A stretch of 64,000 bases of DNA, taken from a virus. How positions within the stretch are numbered: the first letter of the stretch is position 1; each line of letters begins with the position of its first letter. Shown piece after piece: positions 1 through 11,248 of the stretch. The notes below the pieces were generated by a model. The model had not been told where the DNA came from. It made no database searches and saw only the letters and a list, made by a program, of their open reading frames with translations. The translations under genes and the position numbers were made by a program. Where the stretch lies: positions 16,083-80,082 of IMG/VR virus record IMGVR_UViG_3300046516_001541; one strand, written 5' to 3'.

Positions 1-474
1 GCGCAATTGCTCAATCTCGTCTGGGCTGAAGCATCGCAGCTCCTGGGGCCGTGAAGACTCGTTCCTAACCGAATCCTCACCTACGGTTGTGGCCCCAGGA
101 GTTGCAACCTGTTCGGCGTCGATTTCTTCGACCTGACCGCCGCAATGACCGCAGTAGTCCAGTAGTTCCAAACCGCTCGACAAATAGAATTCATGGCCGC
201 AATCACTCAGCCACAATGAACCGCCGAGCTCGGCCTGAGTGTAACGGCAGATTTTCGCTTGCACGACAGCGGATTCCGGCTTCTCGAAGATCGAGCCAGC
301 CAACTGAATCGAATGCGGCAACATCACGGGAATGATCCCCGTCGGCGCCAGATAGTCGCGCAGCGCCATCATCAGCGATCGATGCTCGTTATCATCGGAA
401 GTCACATTGAAAAACACGACATCGCCAGGCTTCGCGGCGCGCAGAACGGTGATCTTCAGGTCGTCGGCGGTCAT
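1..474 (-). CDS. Hypothetical protein with zinc-ribbon-like Cys motifs (3' end runs off the window)
   Basis: Manual translation from ATG474 (overlaps the upstream TGA) is open to base 1: MTADDLKITV...CRY...DCGH...YCGHCGG. Confidence 0.6.
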   Translation of the reverse strand, partial: MTADDLKITVLRAAKPGDVVFFNVTSDDNEHRSLMMALRDYLAPTGIIPVMLPHSIQLAGSIFEKPESAVVQAKICRYTQAELGGSLWLSDCGHEFYLSSGLELLDYCGHCGGQVEEIDAEQVATPGATTVGEDSVRNESSRPQELRCFSPDEIEQLR

Positions 475-719
475 TGCACGACCGCTTCTAAAGCGTAGCG
501 CGTGATGGCGTAGGGCCCGCGGCAGCCGACTCCAGGCTGACCAAAGATCGCATTGCCTTTGGTCAGTTGCTGAAATGATTGCCGCATGACCTGAGTCAGC
601 GCGTTATGGAATTCCAACGCGCCGGTCTCAATCTCTCCGGTCGTGGTCCATGTCTGACCTTCCGCGCCATCGCCGATCATCCGGGCGGCGGTGCCTTCGA
701 CTGTCCATTTGTATTTCAT
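471..719 (-). CDS. Hypothetical protein
   Basis: MKYKWTVEG... start chosen at ATG719, just after the upstream stop; part of a tightly coupled operon. Confidence 0.6.
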   Translation of the reverse strand: MKYKWTVEGTAARMIGDGAEGQTWTTTGEIETGALEFHNALTQVMRQSFQQLTKGNAIFGQPGVGCRGPYAITRYALEAVVQ

Positions 720-720
720 A

Positions 721-861
721 TCAGCCCCGATCTTGATTGATGTTGTTTCCCCAGATGGCCAGAAACACGCCAAGCGACGCGATCCAACCGCCTTTCCAGG
801 CCACAAGCGCGATGCCCGCGAGACCAATGGCCAATCCGCCGAATGCTTTGAACCAGCGCAT
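721..861 (-). CDS. Small membrane protein, 46 aa (not in the ORF track)
   Basis: [46 protein letters not shown]; the ATG overlaps the ssb stop (TGATG) and the ORF fills the gap exactly. Confidence 0.6.
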   Translation of the reverse strand: MRWFKAFGGLAIGLAGIALVAWKGGWIASLGVFLAIWGNNINQDRG

Positions 862-1328
862 CAAAACGGGATATCTTCATCGAAGTCATCGCCATGGCCG
901 CCACCAGATTGGTGCGATGGCTGAGTCCGCTGCTGCTGGCGTGGCGCTCCGCCGGCCGAGGTGCCCTGTCCGGCATCTCCTTCCCTCGGCTTGCTACCGA
1001 GCATCTGCATGTTGGAACAGATGATTTCCGTCTTGTAGCGATCTTTCCCGGTGTCTTTATCCTGCCACTTGCGCGTGGAGAGTTTGCCTTCGATGAATAC
1101 CTGCGATCCTTTCTTGAGGTATTCGCCGCAGATTTTGGCGAGAGGACCGAATGCAGAGATGCTGTGCCATTCAGTCTTTTCCACCTTGTCGCCTGTTTCT
1201 TTGTTCTTCCATGATTCGCCGGTCGCGATGCTGAAGTTGCAGACCGTCTCGCCGCTGGGGAGCGCGCGGGACTCCGGATCGCGGCCTAGGCGACCGATCA
1301 GCATGACTCGGTTGAGATCGTTGGCCAT
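861..1328 (-). CDS. ssb: Single-stranded DNA-binding protein
   Basis: [15 protein letters not shown]...TEWH...[15 protein letters not shown]-fold motifs; acidic tail DFDEDIPF. Confidence 0.97.
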   Translation of the reverse strand: MANDLNRVMLIGRLGRDPESRALPSGETVCNFSIATGESWKNKETGDKVEKTEWHSISAFGPLAKICGEYLKKGSQVFIEGKLSTRKWQDKDTGKDRYKTEIICSNMQMLGSKPREGDAGQGTSAGGAPRQQQRTQPSHQSGGGHGDDFDEDIPF

Positions 1329-1813
1329 TATTTCCCGTTCTCTTTCAGAAGTTGTGCCAATTGCTGCGGGTCAAACAGTCGATCGAACTGCTTTTTATCG
1401 CCGAATACGCTCGCGCACGTCATCTTTTCATGTGTGCCGAGCATTACCCGGCCTTTCTCGTCCACGATTTCGCCCCTGCTCGGAAAGGTCTGCAGGTTCT
1501 CTTGGCAATCGGCCAGAGAAGTATAAAGCAACACGCCTGATGGCGGCGGAAAATTGTCGGGACATAGCCCGCTGCAATATGCAATCTGAACGTAGATCAG
1601 GCTATCTGCCGTTCTGTTTGGTTCGGTCAGAGTTATGCCATTTTTCAGGGCTGACGGTGCAGCGAGTTCCAATTTATTGGTAGCCGGAAGGTAAGGGCGA
1701 GTACCCCAGGATTTACTATCACTAGGTCCCACAACCTGCTTGGATGGAACATAGTGAATGATCAGTATTGTCCCAACAACGCCAATTACAAACATTACAA
1801 TTAGAAAGCGCAT
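1328..1813 (-). CDS. Membrane-anchored or exported Cys-containing protein
   Basis: Hydrophobic N-terminus [19 protein letters not shown]; YCSGLC-x4-PPPS motif. Confidence 0.6.
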   Translation of the reverse strand: MRFLIVMFVIGVVGTILIIHYVPSKQVVGPSDSKSWGTRPYLPATNKLELAAPSALKNGITLTEPNRTADSLIYVQIAYCSGLCPDNFPPPSGVLLYTSLADCQENLQTFPSRGEIVDEKGRVMLGTHEKMTCASVFGDKKQFDRLFDPQQLAQLLKENGK

Positions 1814-1826
1814 GGCGACCTCTATT

Positions 1827-2048
1827 TTACGGCGTTGCCGGATGACTAAGTAACTTGTCGGCCGGGGCCACCGCAGAGCATGTTTGCTTCATTTTGATAT
1901 TTGGAACATTTGGCAGGGGGTTCGAGGCAGCGTTCCCCTGGAGTTTCGCGGCGTCGCAAGCAGCCTGCGAAGTGAAAAGGAATACGCTGGGCGGCGGCAA
2001 AGTAGGCACGCACAGTCCGGTACAGTACATAATCAGGACGTAGAGCAT
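1827..2048 (-). CDS. Small Cys-rich protein, paralogue of the C-terminal part of 1328-1813
   Basis: MLYVLIMYCTGLCVPTLPPPSVFLFTSQAAC; GAGG precedes ATG2048. Confidence 0.6.
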   Translation of the reverse strand: MLYVLIMYCTGLCVPTLPPPSVFLFTSQAACDAAKLQGNAASNPLPNVPNIKMKQTCSAVAPADKLLSHPATP

Positions 2049-2620
2049 GATGACCTCGATTCTTTGATCTTGTTTGCGAACGTATTCCAGGCGTCCGTAT
2101 CTTGCCGCGCGACGAATACGACTTGGTCGCCGATCGTCCAATCGACCTGATTCAGACCGCCAGGGAAGGTAAACGAGACGCGCGCCGGATGGCGATATCC
2201 ATTGGTGGACATGATCTTGATCCCGGGCCACCGATGATATGCGAGCGTCGCAGCCATTTCTCCGCGGCACAGCTCATAAAGTCGATCGGTCCGGAATTCT
2301 TCCTGACAGCGCGGCGAGCAGAACACGTGAGCGCCGGCATAGACCGGGTCTAAAACGATCGGCTCGCCGTCACTATCCTCGGGATCCCGGCAAATTCGTT
2401 GCTGGCACTGCATGCACTGAAACCACCATCCGTGCTCGACGAGCACTGGATCCGGAACCTGGGGCGCGTATTCATCAAAAGCCGGATACCGGTTGCATTC
2501 GACATCGCTGAATTCCGCATTGAGCTCGTTGGCACCGTTGCGGCGCGCGACCACATTGTGCAGGGCGAATTCGACGCAACAGCCGTCTCCGTGGACCTCG
2601 CGCACGATGTAGGCTTTCAC
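2033..2620 (-). CDS. Phage hypothetical protein with Zn-binding motifs
   Basis: GTG2620 start overlaps the upstream stop; GWWFQCMQC and FCSPRC motifs. Confidence 0.65.
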   Translation of the reverse strand: MKAYIVREVHGDGCCVEFALHNVVARRNGANELNAEFSDVECNRYPAFDEYAPQVPDPVLVEHGWWFQCMQCQQRICRDPEDSDGEPIVLDPVYAGAHVFCSPRCQEEFRTDRLYELCRGEMAATLAYHRWPGIKIMSTNGYRHPARVSFTFPGGLNQVDWTIGDQVVFVARQDTDAWNTFANKIKESRSSCSTS

Positions 2621-2934
2621 GATGGCGGCTCCGATGGAATGATCGCGACCGGTTCGGGAGGGCGCTTTCCTGCCGAAGATTCCCAGTTGATATCTGGGTA
2701 TTCCAGCTGCAGTGCATTTAGCAAAGACGGAATCGAATCGCACAACGAGCCGATGCACGCTTTCGTCCGCAGCCATGAATCGTCGGTCACTGCTTGATGC
2801 AAATGCATGGCCTGAATGGCGACCGTGGCCATGGCGCATTCGAGGCTCAACTGTTGCTCGCGGCATTCATTGCGAAAGCGCCTCAGTGCCGCGACTGACA
2901 CGAGACGAGAATGCTTGCCGCGCTGTCTGCTCAC
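2617..2934 (-). CDS. Hypothetical protein
   Basis: Coupled ORF with GTGA overlaps at both ends. Confidence 0.5.
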   Translation of the reverse strand: MSRQRGKHSRLVSVAALRRFRNECREQQLSLECAMATVAIQAMHLHQAVTDDSWLRTKACIGSLCDSIPSLLNALQLEYPDINWESSAGKRPPEPVAIIPSEPPS

Positions 2935-3013
2935 TTTTTGTGTTTGAGCCAGACGATCCAGGCGACAAGAGCGCAAAACGCGACCATTGCGAGAGCATCA
3001 GGCCAACCCATGT

Positions 3014-3241
3014 TCATTTTTTAGCTCCGGTTTCCAAATTCTCGCCGCACATCGGACAGAACAGGGCGAGCAGCGTGGCCGGTGGCGCTCCCTTTTTTCC
3101 TTTCCTCGGATCGACTTTCGAGGTCCGGATTCCGATTCCGTCCGAGGATTTCATGCGGCTGTCAAACACGATGATGGGCTCGATACGAGTGTTATGTTCG
3201 GCCAATTTCTTGTTGGCGACGGCGATGCATCTATGAGGCAT
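3014..3241 (-). CDS. Small phage protein with FCPMCG zinc knuckle
   Basis: ORF track; C-terminal CPxCG motif. Confidence 0.6.
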   Translation of the reverse strand: MPHRCIAVANKKLAEHNTRIEPIIVFDSRMKSSDGIGIRTSKVDPRKGKKGAPPATLLALFCPMCGENLETGAKK

Positions 3242-3247
3242 TTTTAG

Positions 3248-3847
3248 TTATCCAGGCACGGTTTGAACGGTGGCTTTCGACAAATCGTATTGCCGAATTC
3301 CCCACGCGATCGCGTAACAGCACCAGATGAACCGGTGAGTGTATTCGCTGAAGTTGCATTCCCAACTTTCTTGGAAAGGGTGGCGTTTCTCATATTTGAA
3401 GTCAAACATGGCCTGACGTGCCGGATGTTCTCCGTCCTGTGAATAATTGAGCACTTCATCCTTGATGCGATCGCGCAACTCATCGTCCGCTTCCACATCA
3501 TCGAGCCATTCTTTTACGTGAGACTCTAACTTCTCAGACGAATATTCATAGTGGCCATCAGTCTTGCTCGTGGCTTCGAGCTTTTCGCTCCAATATCCTT
3601 CATTGATCCGCAGCGGCCCAGCTTCCTTGCCGCGGAAGAATTGGAACATGTCATCGATCCGGCTGAAGACGTAGCAGCCCATATCGCCGGAGTAACACAG
3701 GTAGTGCGGATAGGTGACGACATCGAAGTGCATATGACCACTGCCAGGAATGGCGAAGTGTAGGTGCCGGTATACTCCGTCATCGCGCAGCACGGTCATT
3801 GCGTGTTTGCCCACGTCTTTCAGGAAGCTCTCTTCAGTCACTTTCAC
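3248..3847 (-). CDS. Conserved phage hypothetical protein
   Basis: FLKDVGKHAMTVLRDDGVYRHL...SGDMGCYVF...INEGYWSEKL...CCYAIAWGI is a pattern I recognise from many phage early regions; GTG3847 start inferred. Confidence 0.7.
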   Translation of the reverse strand: MKVTEESFLKDVGKHAMTVLRDDGVYRHLHFAIPGSGHMHFDVVTYPHYLCYSGDMGCYVFSRIDDMFQFFRGKEAGPLRINEGYWSEKLEATSKTDGHYEYSSEKLESHVKEWLDDVEADDELRDRIKDEVLNYSQDGEHPARQAMFDFKYEKRHPFQESWECNFSEYTHRFIWCCYAIAWGIRQYDLSKATVQTVPG

Positions 3848-6800
3848 GTTGTTCGCCTGCGCTGTGCGATGGCAGTTCTCGACGTGCAACCTTCTCTCCG
3901 CAGCGCTTACACTTGCGCCACTTCTTGCTGATCGCTCGGGTACCGAAGCCACACTTCGGACACATCGCACCCATATAGACCAACATCAATAGGAAAGCTT
4001 CCAAATGCTTTTCGTTGGCCAGAGAAAAACGCTCATCCATTGGGAGCGGCTCCGGCGCAGAGGGGTACCCGTGTGAGGCATATATGCCACTGTCCGAGGA
4101 AATGCCAATCCATGCGCAACGCTTTGTCATGGGCAGGCGGGAGCAATCTCTGCGGCGGAGCCACGTTCAAATTATCGTTTTTCGAACGCGATGCCGCCGC
4201 ACTCACAAGGCGCGGGACATTTGACCGGTTCGGGAAATATGTGCACTTTCGCGCAGCTACAGCAGTACCAGCCCGTACTGAGCATCGGCGGTCGCGTGCC
4301 TGGCGGATAGATTTTGTCAGGCTCGCCGAGCAACGCGATGACCTCGGCTTTGGTTTTGGGCAGTGTCATGATTGTAGTCCCGGTTGCTCGCGCGCATACG
4401 GCTCGGCATACGAGCGCATCGCTGATCGATGGATATTGCCACAGATAAAACTGACTCTTGCCACCATATGGAATGCGGCCGCAGCCTTTGCAGCGCTGAT
4501 CTTTGGGCACGTTGGCCAGCGTGCGTTCAATCCTTCGCGCTGGGATGTTTGCTACTCCAGACAACTGTCTCGGTCGGCTTCGGCAGACCGCGCAAGTAAC
4601 CATACTCAATTTGCCTGAACGGTTCGCGGGAATACTCAGCCGGATTCGGTCGCATGCGCAATTGCTGGGCAATGCTGATCACAACAACCTCGAGCGGATG
4701 AGTCGGATCGATTTCACGGGCTATGGCATATTCTTTCATCTCCGTGATTGCAGTCGCAACCGCGGTGCCTTCGCCATGGTAATCGCTCAGCGTCTGAATA
4801 TACTTGATAGTCTCTGTCCCTAACCGCACTTCGCATTTCGCCGAGATCTGCTCGAAGATGTAGTCGCGCACGATCACGACAGGCGGCGTCACATCTTCGA
4901 TCGACACGAGTCTGCCGACATGGCGAACGAATTCCCCGACCGCTGGCGGAATCTTGCTCACAACGTTGTGCTGGCGCGGCGCCAGATGTGGCGAAAGCCG
5001 ACCTCGGCGCCGGTCCCCACGGGCGCATCGCCGCTATCCAGGCATTCCTTTGATAGCTGCGCGATGAATTCCAGCGCGCTGCGCATGCGCTCGATGGTTT
5101 GCTCCGGCGTCTCTGCGGCGCGTTGGTTTTCAGTCCCCATTGGCTTGCTCGACCAAATCCTTGGGCTGGACGATGACTTCCTTGCGACCTTCCCAAAGCA
5201 AGTTGTTCTTGTCGAGGTCAATGCCATGTTGCAATGCCAAGCGGATATTCTTCTGGAGGAGCCAGACGCGATGCTCGCTCTCAACCGCCTGGACGGCGTA
5301 TCGAGCGACACCGACGCCAGTCAGGCGATCCGCCATATCGATATCCTTGATGGCCTGCAGCGCCAGGAGCAGTCCCCTGGTGACTCCCATGTCGACCAAA
5401 TGATTGGGATCCGTGATGGGCAATTTCTGCGGGCTTGGATCATCCGGCTGTGGCATTCGTGTTGCTCCGATTGTTAGTTGCAGTGACGGTCACGCGGTCA
5501 AGAAGGTAATAACCCCTGACGTTTTCGAGATGGATGACCGGATAGCCAGCATTGCAGACGTATGCGGCGCTGGTTGTTTCTGTCCTTTCAATCTGACCGT
5601 TATCCCGTTTGAGAGATACCTCGGTTCCGATTGGATTGGCCGCATTCCAGCGATCGCATGCGGCCTGGGCGCGCTTTTGTTTTCGGTTCATTGGTGGCAC
5701 TTCAGTGTATTAAACGCCTTGGAAATCGCCTGCCAGAATCGGCGGCTCGTATCATCCATTTTGTCAGGATGCGCAAGTGTGACGGTTCCGGTCTGCATGC
5801 TGACTCGTACTACCTCCCCTTGAGCATCAGAGAAGGTGAGAAAGCATTCGTACTTTTTGCAGTCATTTCCGAAATCGATTCGTGGCTGCGATAGAGTGGT
5901 ACTGAATTTCCAGGGAGATGCTTTCGAGTCGACCGGGGCGGCAGTGCGCAATTTCGACTGGCCAAGTAAGGATGCCGGCGGCAATTCCGCAGCATAAGCA
6001 TGCAGTCTCCACCCGAATAAGCCAGTGAGCATCAGGCTAGCCAAAATCGCGACCGGTTTCACGGGATCCACCCTGGCACCTCCAGTTGATCAATGACTGT
6101 CCACGTCTCTTCGCAATATTGGCAGCGCTTGCCATGGCACTCGTCGCACTTCGCCGCCAGCGTCATGAGAGTCGTGCGCGCGAGAAAGATCCGGGCGACC
6201 GCCGCTGTCTGGACATGTTGGCGATATTCGAGCCAGCGGTCCGAATCCTCGGCAGTCGAGAGGAACATGCCAGGGATCTTCCCGCTCGGCTGCTGCGGCC
6301 ATGGCGGTAACAGAGGCGTTCCCGCGACCGTCGGAGCGGTTTGCCTGGCCATGCATCGCTGAGCCTCGAGGCATTTGTCCGGATAATCACAACCACCGCG
6401 CCAGATGCACGATACGCCAGGCGGCGGTTTAGTCGTAGTCGACATGACCGGCCGTCTCCTCGCCGTCTGATGGCTCGTCTCCGTCGTCAGTGGCGTCGGA
6501 CATTGATTCGTCAGCCGCACCTTCAGGATCGTCTTCAAAACTGTCGTGCAGATCCTCCAAATCGGTGGAATTCGCTATCGCATCAGCATCAACCTGGCTG
6601 CAGTGGAAATGATCAATGAGTCGTGTCTTGAAACGATGCATCCACTCTTCTTCGTTGAACGAAGTATCAGCCATTTTCCCACTCCTTTTGAATGCGATCG
6701 GCTTCCGTCGTCAGCGCCCTCGCGCGCTCCGTATGCCATTTGCTGGAATCGGCCATGTCCATCCCGTCCGCCTCAGTAGCCCAGCAATCGTGCATATCGG

Positions 6801-9800
6801 CCAAAGCGCGCAGCACTCTCGGATTTTTGGACGCCTTTTTCAGTTCGCGTTCTGTGAGCTCGAACGCGGGAACGGCAGCGGGCGCGGTTGGCGAAACGTC
6901 AGCCATTAGTGAACCTTTTGTTTGCAGGGGAATTTGAACGATCGAGGATCGTCAATTCGGCCGGCGGTCGTGACCATGGCGCGTTGCCCACATTCATCAC
7001 AAGTTACAATGTAGATCCCGCAACGCACGGCCGGATAGGGCAAATCAACCTTACATGCCCGCGTCGATCCATGACTCGTGTCGACATCGACACCGGTCGG
7101 GAGTGCTGGATTGGCTGGGGACTGGGCGGTCCGGACTTTATCGAGCCAAATTATTTTGAACGCCAAACAGCACTCCTTGATTGCCTGCCCGCGCGCCTGC
7201 GGTTTACAGACCTTTCGTCCGACCAAGGTACCGATAGGTTTACTTAGCCGTTCGGCGCGCGGGCGGGACTCGGTTAGTTCCCAGACAGAAACCCTTCAGC
7301 CTGTTCGATATTGATTATCCACAAAACAGCGTATTCCACAAGCGCCGGAATTGGCACGACTCCGGTCTCATACCGGAATAGGTCAAATACATCGATTTGC
7401 AGACGGGCCGCCAGTTCGGCGTGCGTCGATTTAGAATCCGCAAGCAACATGCGGAATTCGCTGGCGATCATGGTCAATCCATTTCCTCGCGCCACCATTC
7501 CGCGCATAGTATGAAGATCGCCACCGAACCGAGGAGGATCGCCTCGAGCAGCATGTGTTGCCACAACGGACTCATCATGGTTCCTCGCCGGCTGATTCCT
7601 TGACGCCAGTGTGACCGGTCAGTGTCGGCGTGAATGTGCCAGTCCGCAGGCCCGGGGCCGATGGATCCAAATAGACGTCATGCGATCCCGCCGGCAGGCC
7701 TGGCGCATATATGCAAGCAGCCGAGCATTCCCCGTTCTCGTCGATGATCAGGTTGGCAATCGGAGCCTGGGGCCCAATCGCCGTTTTGGCTTGCAACGTC
7801 GGACAGTTCTGCTCCGGTTCGGCGTGGCGCTGCTGGCAGATGGAGCAGGGCGGAATCGGCGCGAAGCCTTCCGATAGTTGCGCGATTTGGTCGATGTCTT
7901 CCGGGAGTACTCGACTGCGCGTGGCGAGTTTGTGAATCTCCCAGAGCCGATCGCTCCTGAAGTCCGCTCGCGTTTCGAGAGCAACTCGTTCTTGTTGCTG
8001 CACCTCAGAGCCAATATTCGCAAGTATCCATTGCGCGAGAGCAACGGCCTCGCCGTGCCTTCTTGCATCCAACGCCAATTTCCGACAACATTCAGCGCGA
8101 ATTTTAGTGAGCAACTCATTTGAGGTTTTCTGGCGCTTTGTTCCCGTTGGGATGTGCTCACTTGTCACGGCTGGCCTCCGCAATCTTTTGCAACTTGTGT
8201 TCTTCCCACTGCTGATCAGACATGAGGGGTTGACGTAAAGCCGTGACGCCACTCTTCGTATGCGTCCAGCGCGCATAACCTTGGTGACTCGGATCCCAAA
8301 TGAATCCAGCCGCCTCCATGTCAATCGTTTCCGATGTGGGCCGTTTATCCATCGACGCATGCCCAACAAGAATCGCCGTCATTATTGGTGTCAACTTTGG
8401 GCGGCCATGCCGCGACATCTGCGCATTGAATATCCAAGTCCTGCATGCTCACGAGCATCGCCTGAATCTTCGTGGCCTCGTGATACTGATGATCCCGATT
8501 GCAACAATGCGCGAGTGCAATCAGGTCCTGACGCATCTCTTCGATCCGTTCTTTGACCGTCTGCGGTGTAGAGTGCTCATTGGGGTCGAGTGTTGTATCA
8601 GCCATCGAAGTTGCTCCATTCCTCTTCATCATAGTTGTCCTGGCACATGGATTCGTGCAACGTCTTAATAATCACGGCGGCGCTCACCAGCGATTGTGCG
8701 CGGACGAATTCATCATCCTCCATCAATAACTCGGCCATCCGCTGCATCTCGACGCGCCACTGGACGAGTTTGTCGGCGAACGTGATCTTCTTCTTTCGGC
8801 GTTTCGGCGTGCGCGTTTCGGCGTCGATCTTGGCTTTCGCAGGCCGCTTGGCGTCGCTCATGATTGGGGTTCTCCATCTTTCACCGAAGATGCACCGTGA
8901 ACCGTGCAGGCCGAATCTCTTACGAGCCTTCCATTTTCACTGAAGTAACAGCCCCAACTGCACTGACCGGTCGGGCGCCTGATTAGGTCATTGCTGGCTT
9001 TCTGAGCGGTCACTTCGCCAGTACCGGCTGACATCGTTGCGCCGCAGCCATTCAGGCATGCATGCACCCGGCGAATCGCGCTCCATTCGTGCTCGCACGT
9101 CTCGTGCGAACTACGCAACCGTGCAATCTCTGCGTCCCGCTCATCGAGCATACGGAGCAACTTCGAGCGGTGCCATGGTGCGTGACGAATTGCGTCGCCG
9201 GAATAAATGACACGTTCTGGCGGGACGCTGCGATCAGTCGAATTACTCGGCCAATCGAATCCGGTGTTGCGGCAGTCCTCGCGGATTTGTGCCAGCAAGG
9301 GGCTCTCCTTTGAGGTGCGTGTGCTATTGGGCACCGCACACTGGGTGCACTCTGTGTCGATACTGCCGTGAACGCACGTTGTCCATGATTTATTTTGCAC
9401 GTTGCATGTCCTCTCGCGCAGCGATAATCCGTGACTCACACTCGGATTTAATGTCTTCTAACATATCGATCCAAGCAACGATCGGTAGTGGTGGCCTCCC
9501 TTCGCGGTCAATGACCGTCATGACCCGTGTGACCTTGTCAGAGATATCCGTCTCCGATGTGGGCGTGCTCATTTCCGTTTCACCTTGTGCAGATGGATTG
9601 CAACAGTCATTGCAACGATGCCCATAAACCAACGATCTTCGGTCCCGCCACTCCACTTTGCGGCGAAAAATGCACTCCAATGCCAAATGAAGAATACGAC
9701 GACAGATGCGGCAATATTTACGGAATGCTCGTGCCAAGAAGATTTCTCTTCGGTGGGCAACTCATCCAGCACGGCGTTTCTCCTTGGCCTGTTCCTCTTC

Positions 9801-10263
9801 CCACTTCAGACGAAACTTGAGACGAGCTGCGGCGATGTGGACGGCCTCACGCTCTTTGTACGTGCCTCCATGCCACCACGCCTGACGCATCGCCTTCAGC
9901 AATTTGCCAAGGTGTGTATTGGGAGGATTCTCGCAAACTTCTCGTCCTCGAATCCAACTCTGGATATCGTCGGTATCGAAGGCCAGTAACGCGAATTCTG
10001 CAGCTTGGCGAACAGCCGTGTCATTTGCCATCGGATAGTTCCTGCCCGATCCTCTTCACGAGCCGTTGACGAGCTGCATCCGCCTGGGAGGAAGTAATCA
10101 TTCGATGGAGAAAGCACGTCGTAATGGCATCGGCCACGTGTTGCCAGCGCTTCGCATCTTTCGCTTTCCAGCCGCTGATCCGGCCTTTGCGCAGTTGGTT
10201 GGCGATCCTATCTGCGAGGGCACCGAACGCGATCTGGAAGCGCTGTTTTGTCGCGTCTACCAT
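3834..10263 (-). other. Array of about 20 short, translationally coupled leftward early genes of unknown function (e.g. 4527-4961, 5130-5456, 5440-5700, 5688-6071, 6429-6674, 6667-6906, 6906-7226, 7575-8168, 8598-8861, 8858-9400, 9569-9772, 9762-10031)
   Basis: Abutting or overlapping minus-strand ORFs, several with Cys knuckles or TM segments; individual starts uncertain. Confidence 0.7.
7274..7471 (-). CDS. Small XRE/Cro-like helix-turn-helix protein
   Basis: MIASEFRMLL...STHAELAARLQIDVFDLFRYETGVVPIP fits the XRE HTH pattern. Confidence 0.65.
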   Translation of the reverse strand: MIASEFRMLLADSKSTHAELAARLQIDVFDLFRYETGVVPIPALVEYAVLWIINIEQAEGFLSGN

Positions 10264-11033
10264 TCCAATTTCCCCGCGCAAATTGGTCCGATCCCGCGTT
10301 CGATTGATTCGGCATCCTCCAGCCTTCGATTGCAAACGCCACAGCGGCCAACAAGCTTTCCGTAAGCTACCGACGCGGCGCGCGGATCCGCGATGATGGC
10401 GCGCAGCGCATCTTTGATATCGCCTGTGTACAACTTCCCAGGAGCCTGCCGACCGTACTTCTTCTGCTGGCCATACTCGGCACCGTCGCTGACGAAGATG
10501 AAACCGGACCATTTCGACGGCGGCGTCGGGCGCTCAATCTTCACTTTCAATCGCGTCTCGCCATCCGGCACGGCGTAGAAACCTTCCGGGACCGACGACA
10601 GGTCAATGTCATTACCGTTGGGTTCGGCGCGAACGATCGCCGTCATGCGCTCAGCTGCGCGCGCGGCATCCTCGGCGAGAATCTTCCGGACCCCGACGAC
10701 CTGTCCTGTCGTCAAGGGACCTTCCTCGTATCGCCGCACAAGCGAACCGGCAAAGCTGTTGTGCGGCAGGTTGTCATAGATCCATTGAATGACATCGCGA
10801 TGCGCTTCGATCCACGCATTTTTGGCGGCAATTCGCTCGTGTTGTTGTTTCGAGATGCCGGCAGATTTACGCACTGGGCGCCTCGGCGATCCGCCTCGCG
10901 TAGCGGCGAATTCTACAGACGTCTGCAGAAAGCTTTTCGGCGTCGGCTCGACGGTGGGCTCAGCGTCCAAATCGCCTTCGAGGTCATCGAATCCGGTCGA
11001 CTTTTGCACGAGCGTGATATTGGCGAGTGGCAT
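10257..11033 (-). CDS. DUF6011-like zinc-finger protein; first gene of the leftward early operon
   Basis: C-terminal GRCGVCNRRLEDAESIERGIGPIC motif; AAGGAG/AGGA upstream. Confidence 0.75.
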   Translation of the reverse strand: MPLANITLVQKSTGFDDLEGDLDAEPTVEPTPKSFLQTSVEFAATRGGSPRRPVRKSAGISKQQHERIAAKNAWIEAHRDVIQWIYDNLPHNSFAGSLVRRYEEGPLTTGQVVGVRKILAEDAARAAERMTAIVRAEPNGNDIDLSSVPEGFYAVPDGETRLKVKIERPTPPSKWSGFIFVSDGAEYGQQKKYGRQAPGKLYTGDIKDALRAIIADPRAASVAYGKLVGRCGVCNRRLEDAESIERGIGPICAGKLEW

Positions 11034-11073
11034 CTTTTCCTGCTCCTTGACTGACGTTTCAGCCCATGCCTCA

Positions 11074-11102
11074 AATATAGAGCATTACTCAAAAAAGAGC
11101 AA
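11074..11102 (-). promoter_or_regulatory. Sigma70-like early promoter (TTGCTC-17-TATATT) overlapping a palindromic operator
   Basis: -35 at 11097-11102, -10 at 11074-11079, 17-bp spacer; palindrome TTACTC-N6-GAGCAA at 11085-11102. Confidence 0.6.
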
Positions 11103-11188
11103 GACGCGCGTCACATACCGGAAAAGACACAATTTCTCCGCATTCTTACCCCATAAATACTGGATATATATGGGATAGACACATGCTC

Positions 11189-11221
11189 TAGACCCCGGCC
11201 AGACCGGGGCCAGACCGGGGC
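11189..11221. repeat. Three tandem 11-bp repeats (TAGACCCCGGC, CAGACCGGGGC, CAGACCGGGGC)
   Basis: Read directly from the sequence, just upstream of the portal promoter motif. Confidence 0.8.
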
Positions 11222-11226
11222 ACGAG

Positions 11227-11248
11227 GTCGTGACACCAGACTGCGGTC
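11227..11248 (+). promoter_or_regulatory. Putative late promoter motif, copy 1 (portal)
   Basis: GTCGTGAC-ac-CAGACT-gcggtc-ATG11249. Confidence 0.75.

Noticed and set aside
11189-11221. Tandem repeats as a CRISPR array
   Set aside because: 11-bp units with no spacers and no cas genes
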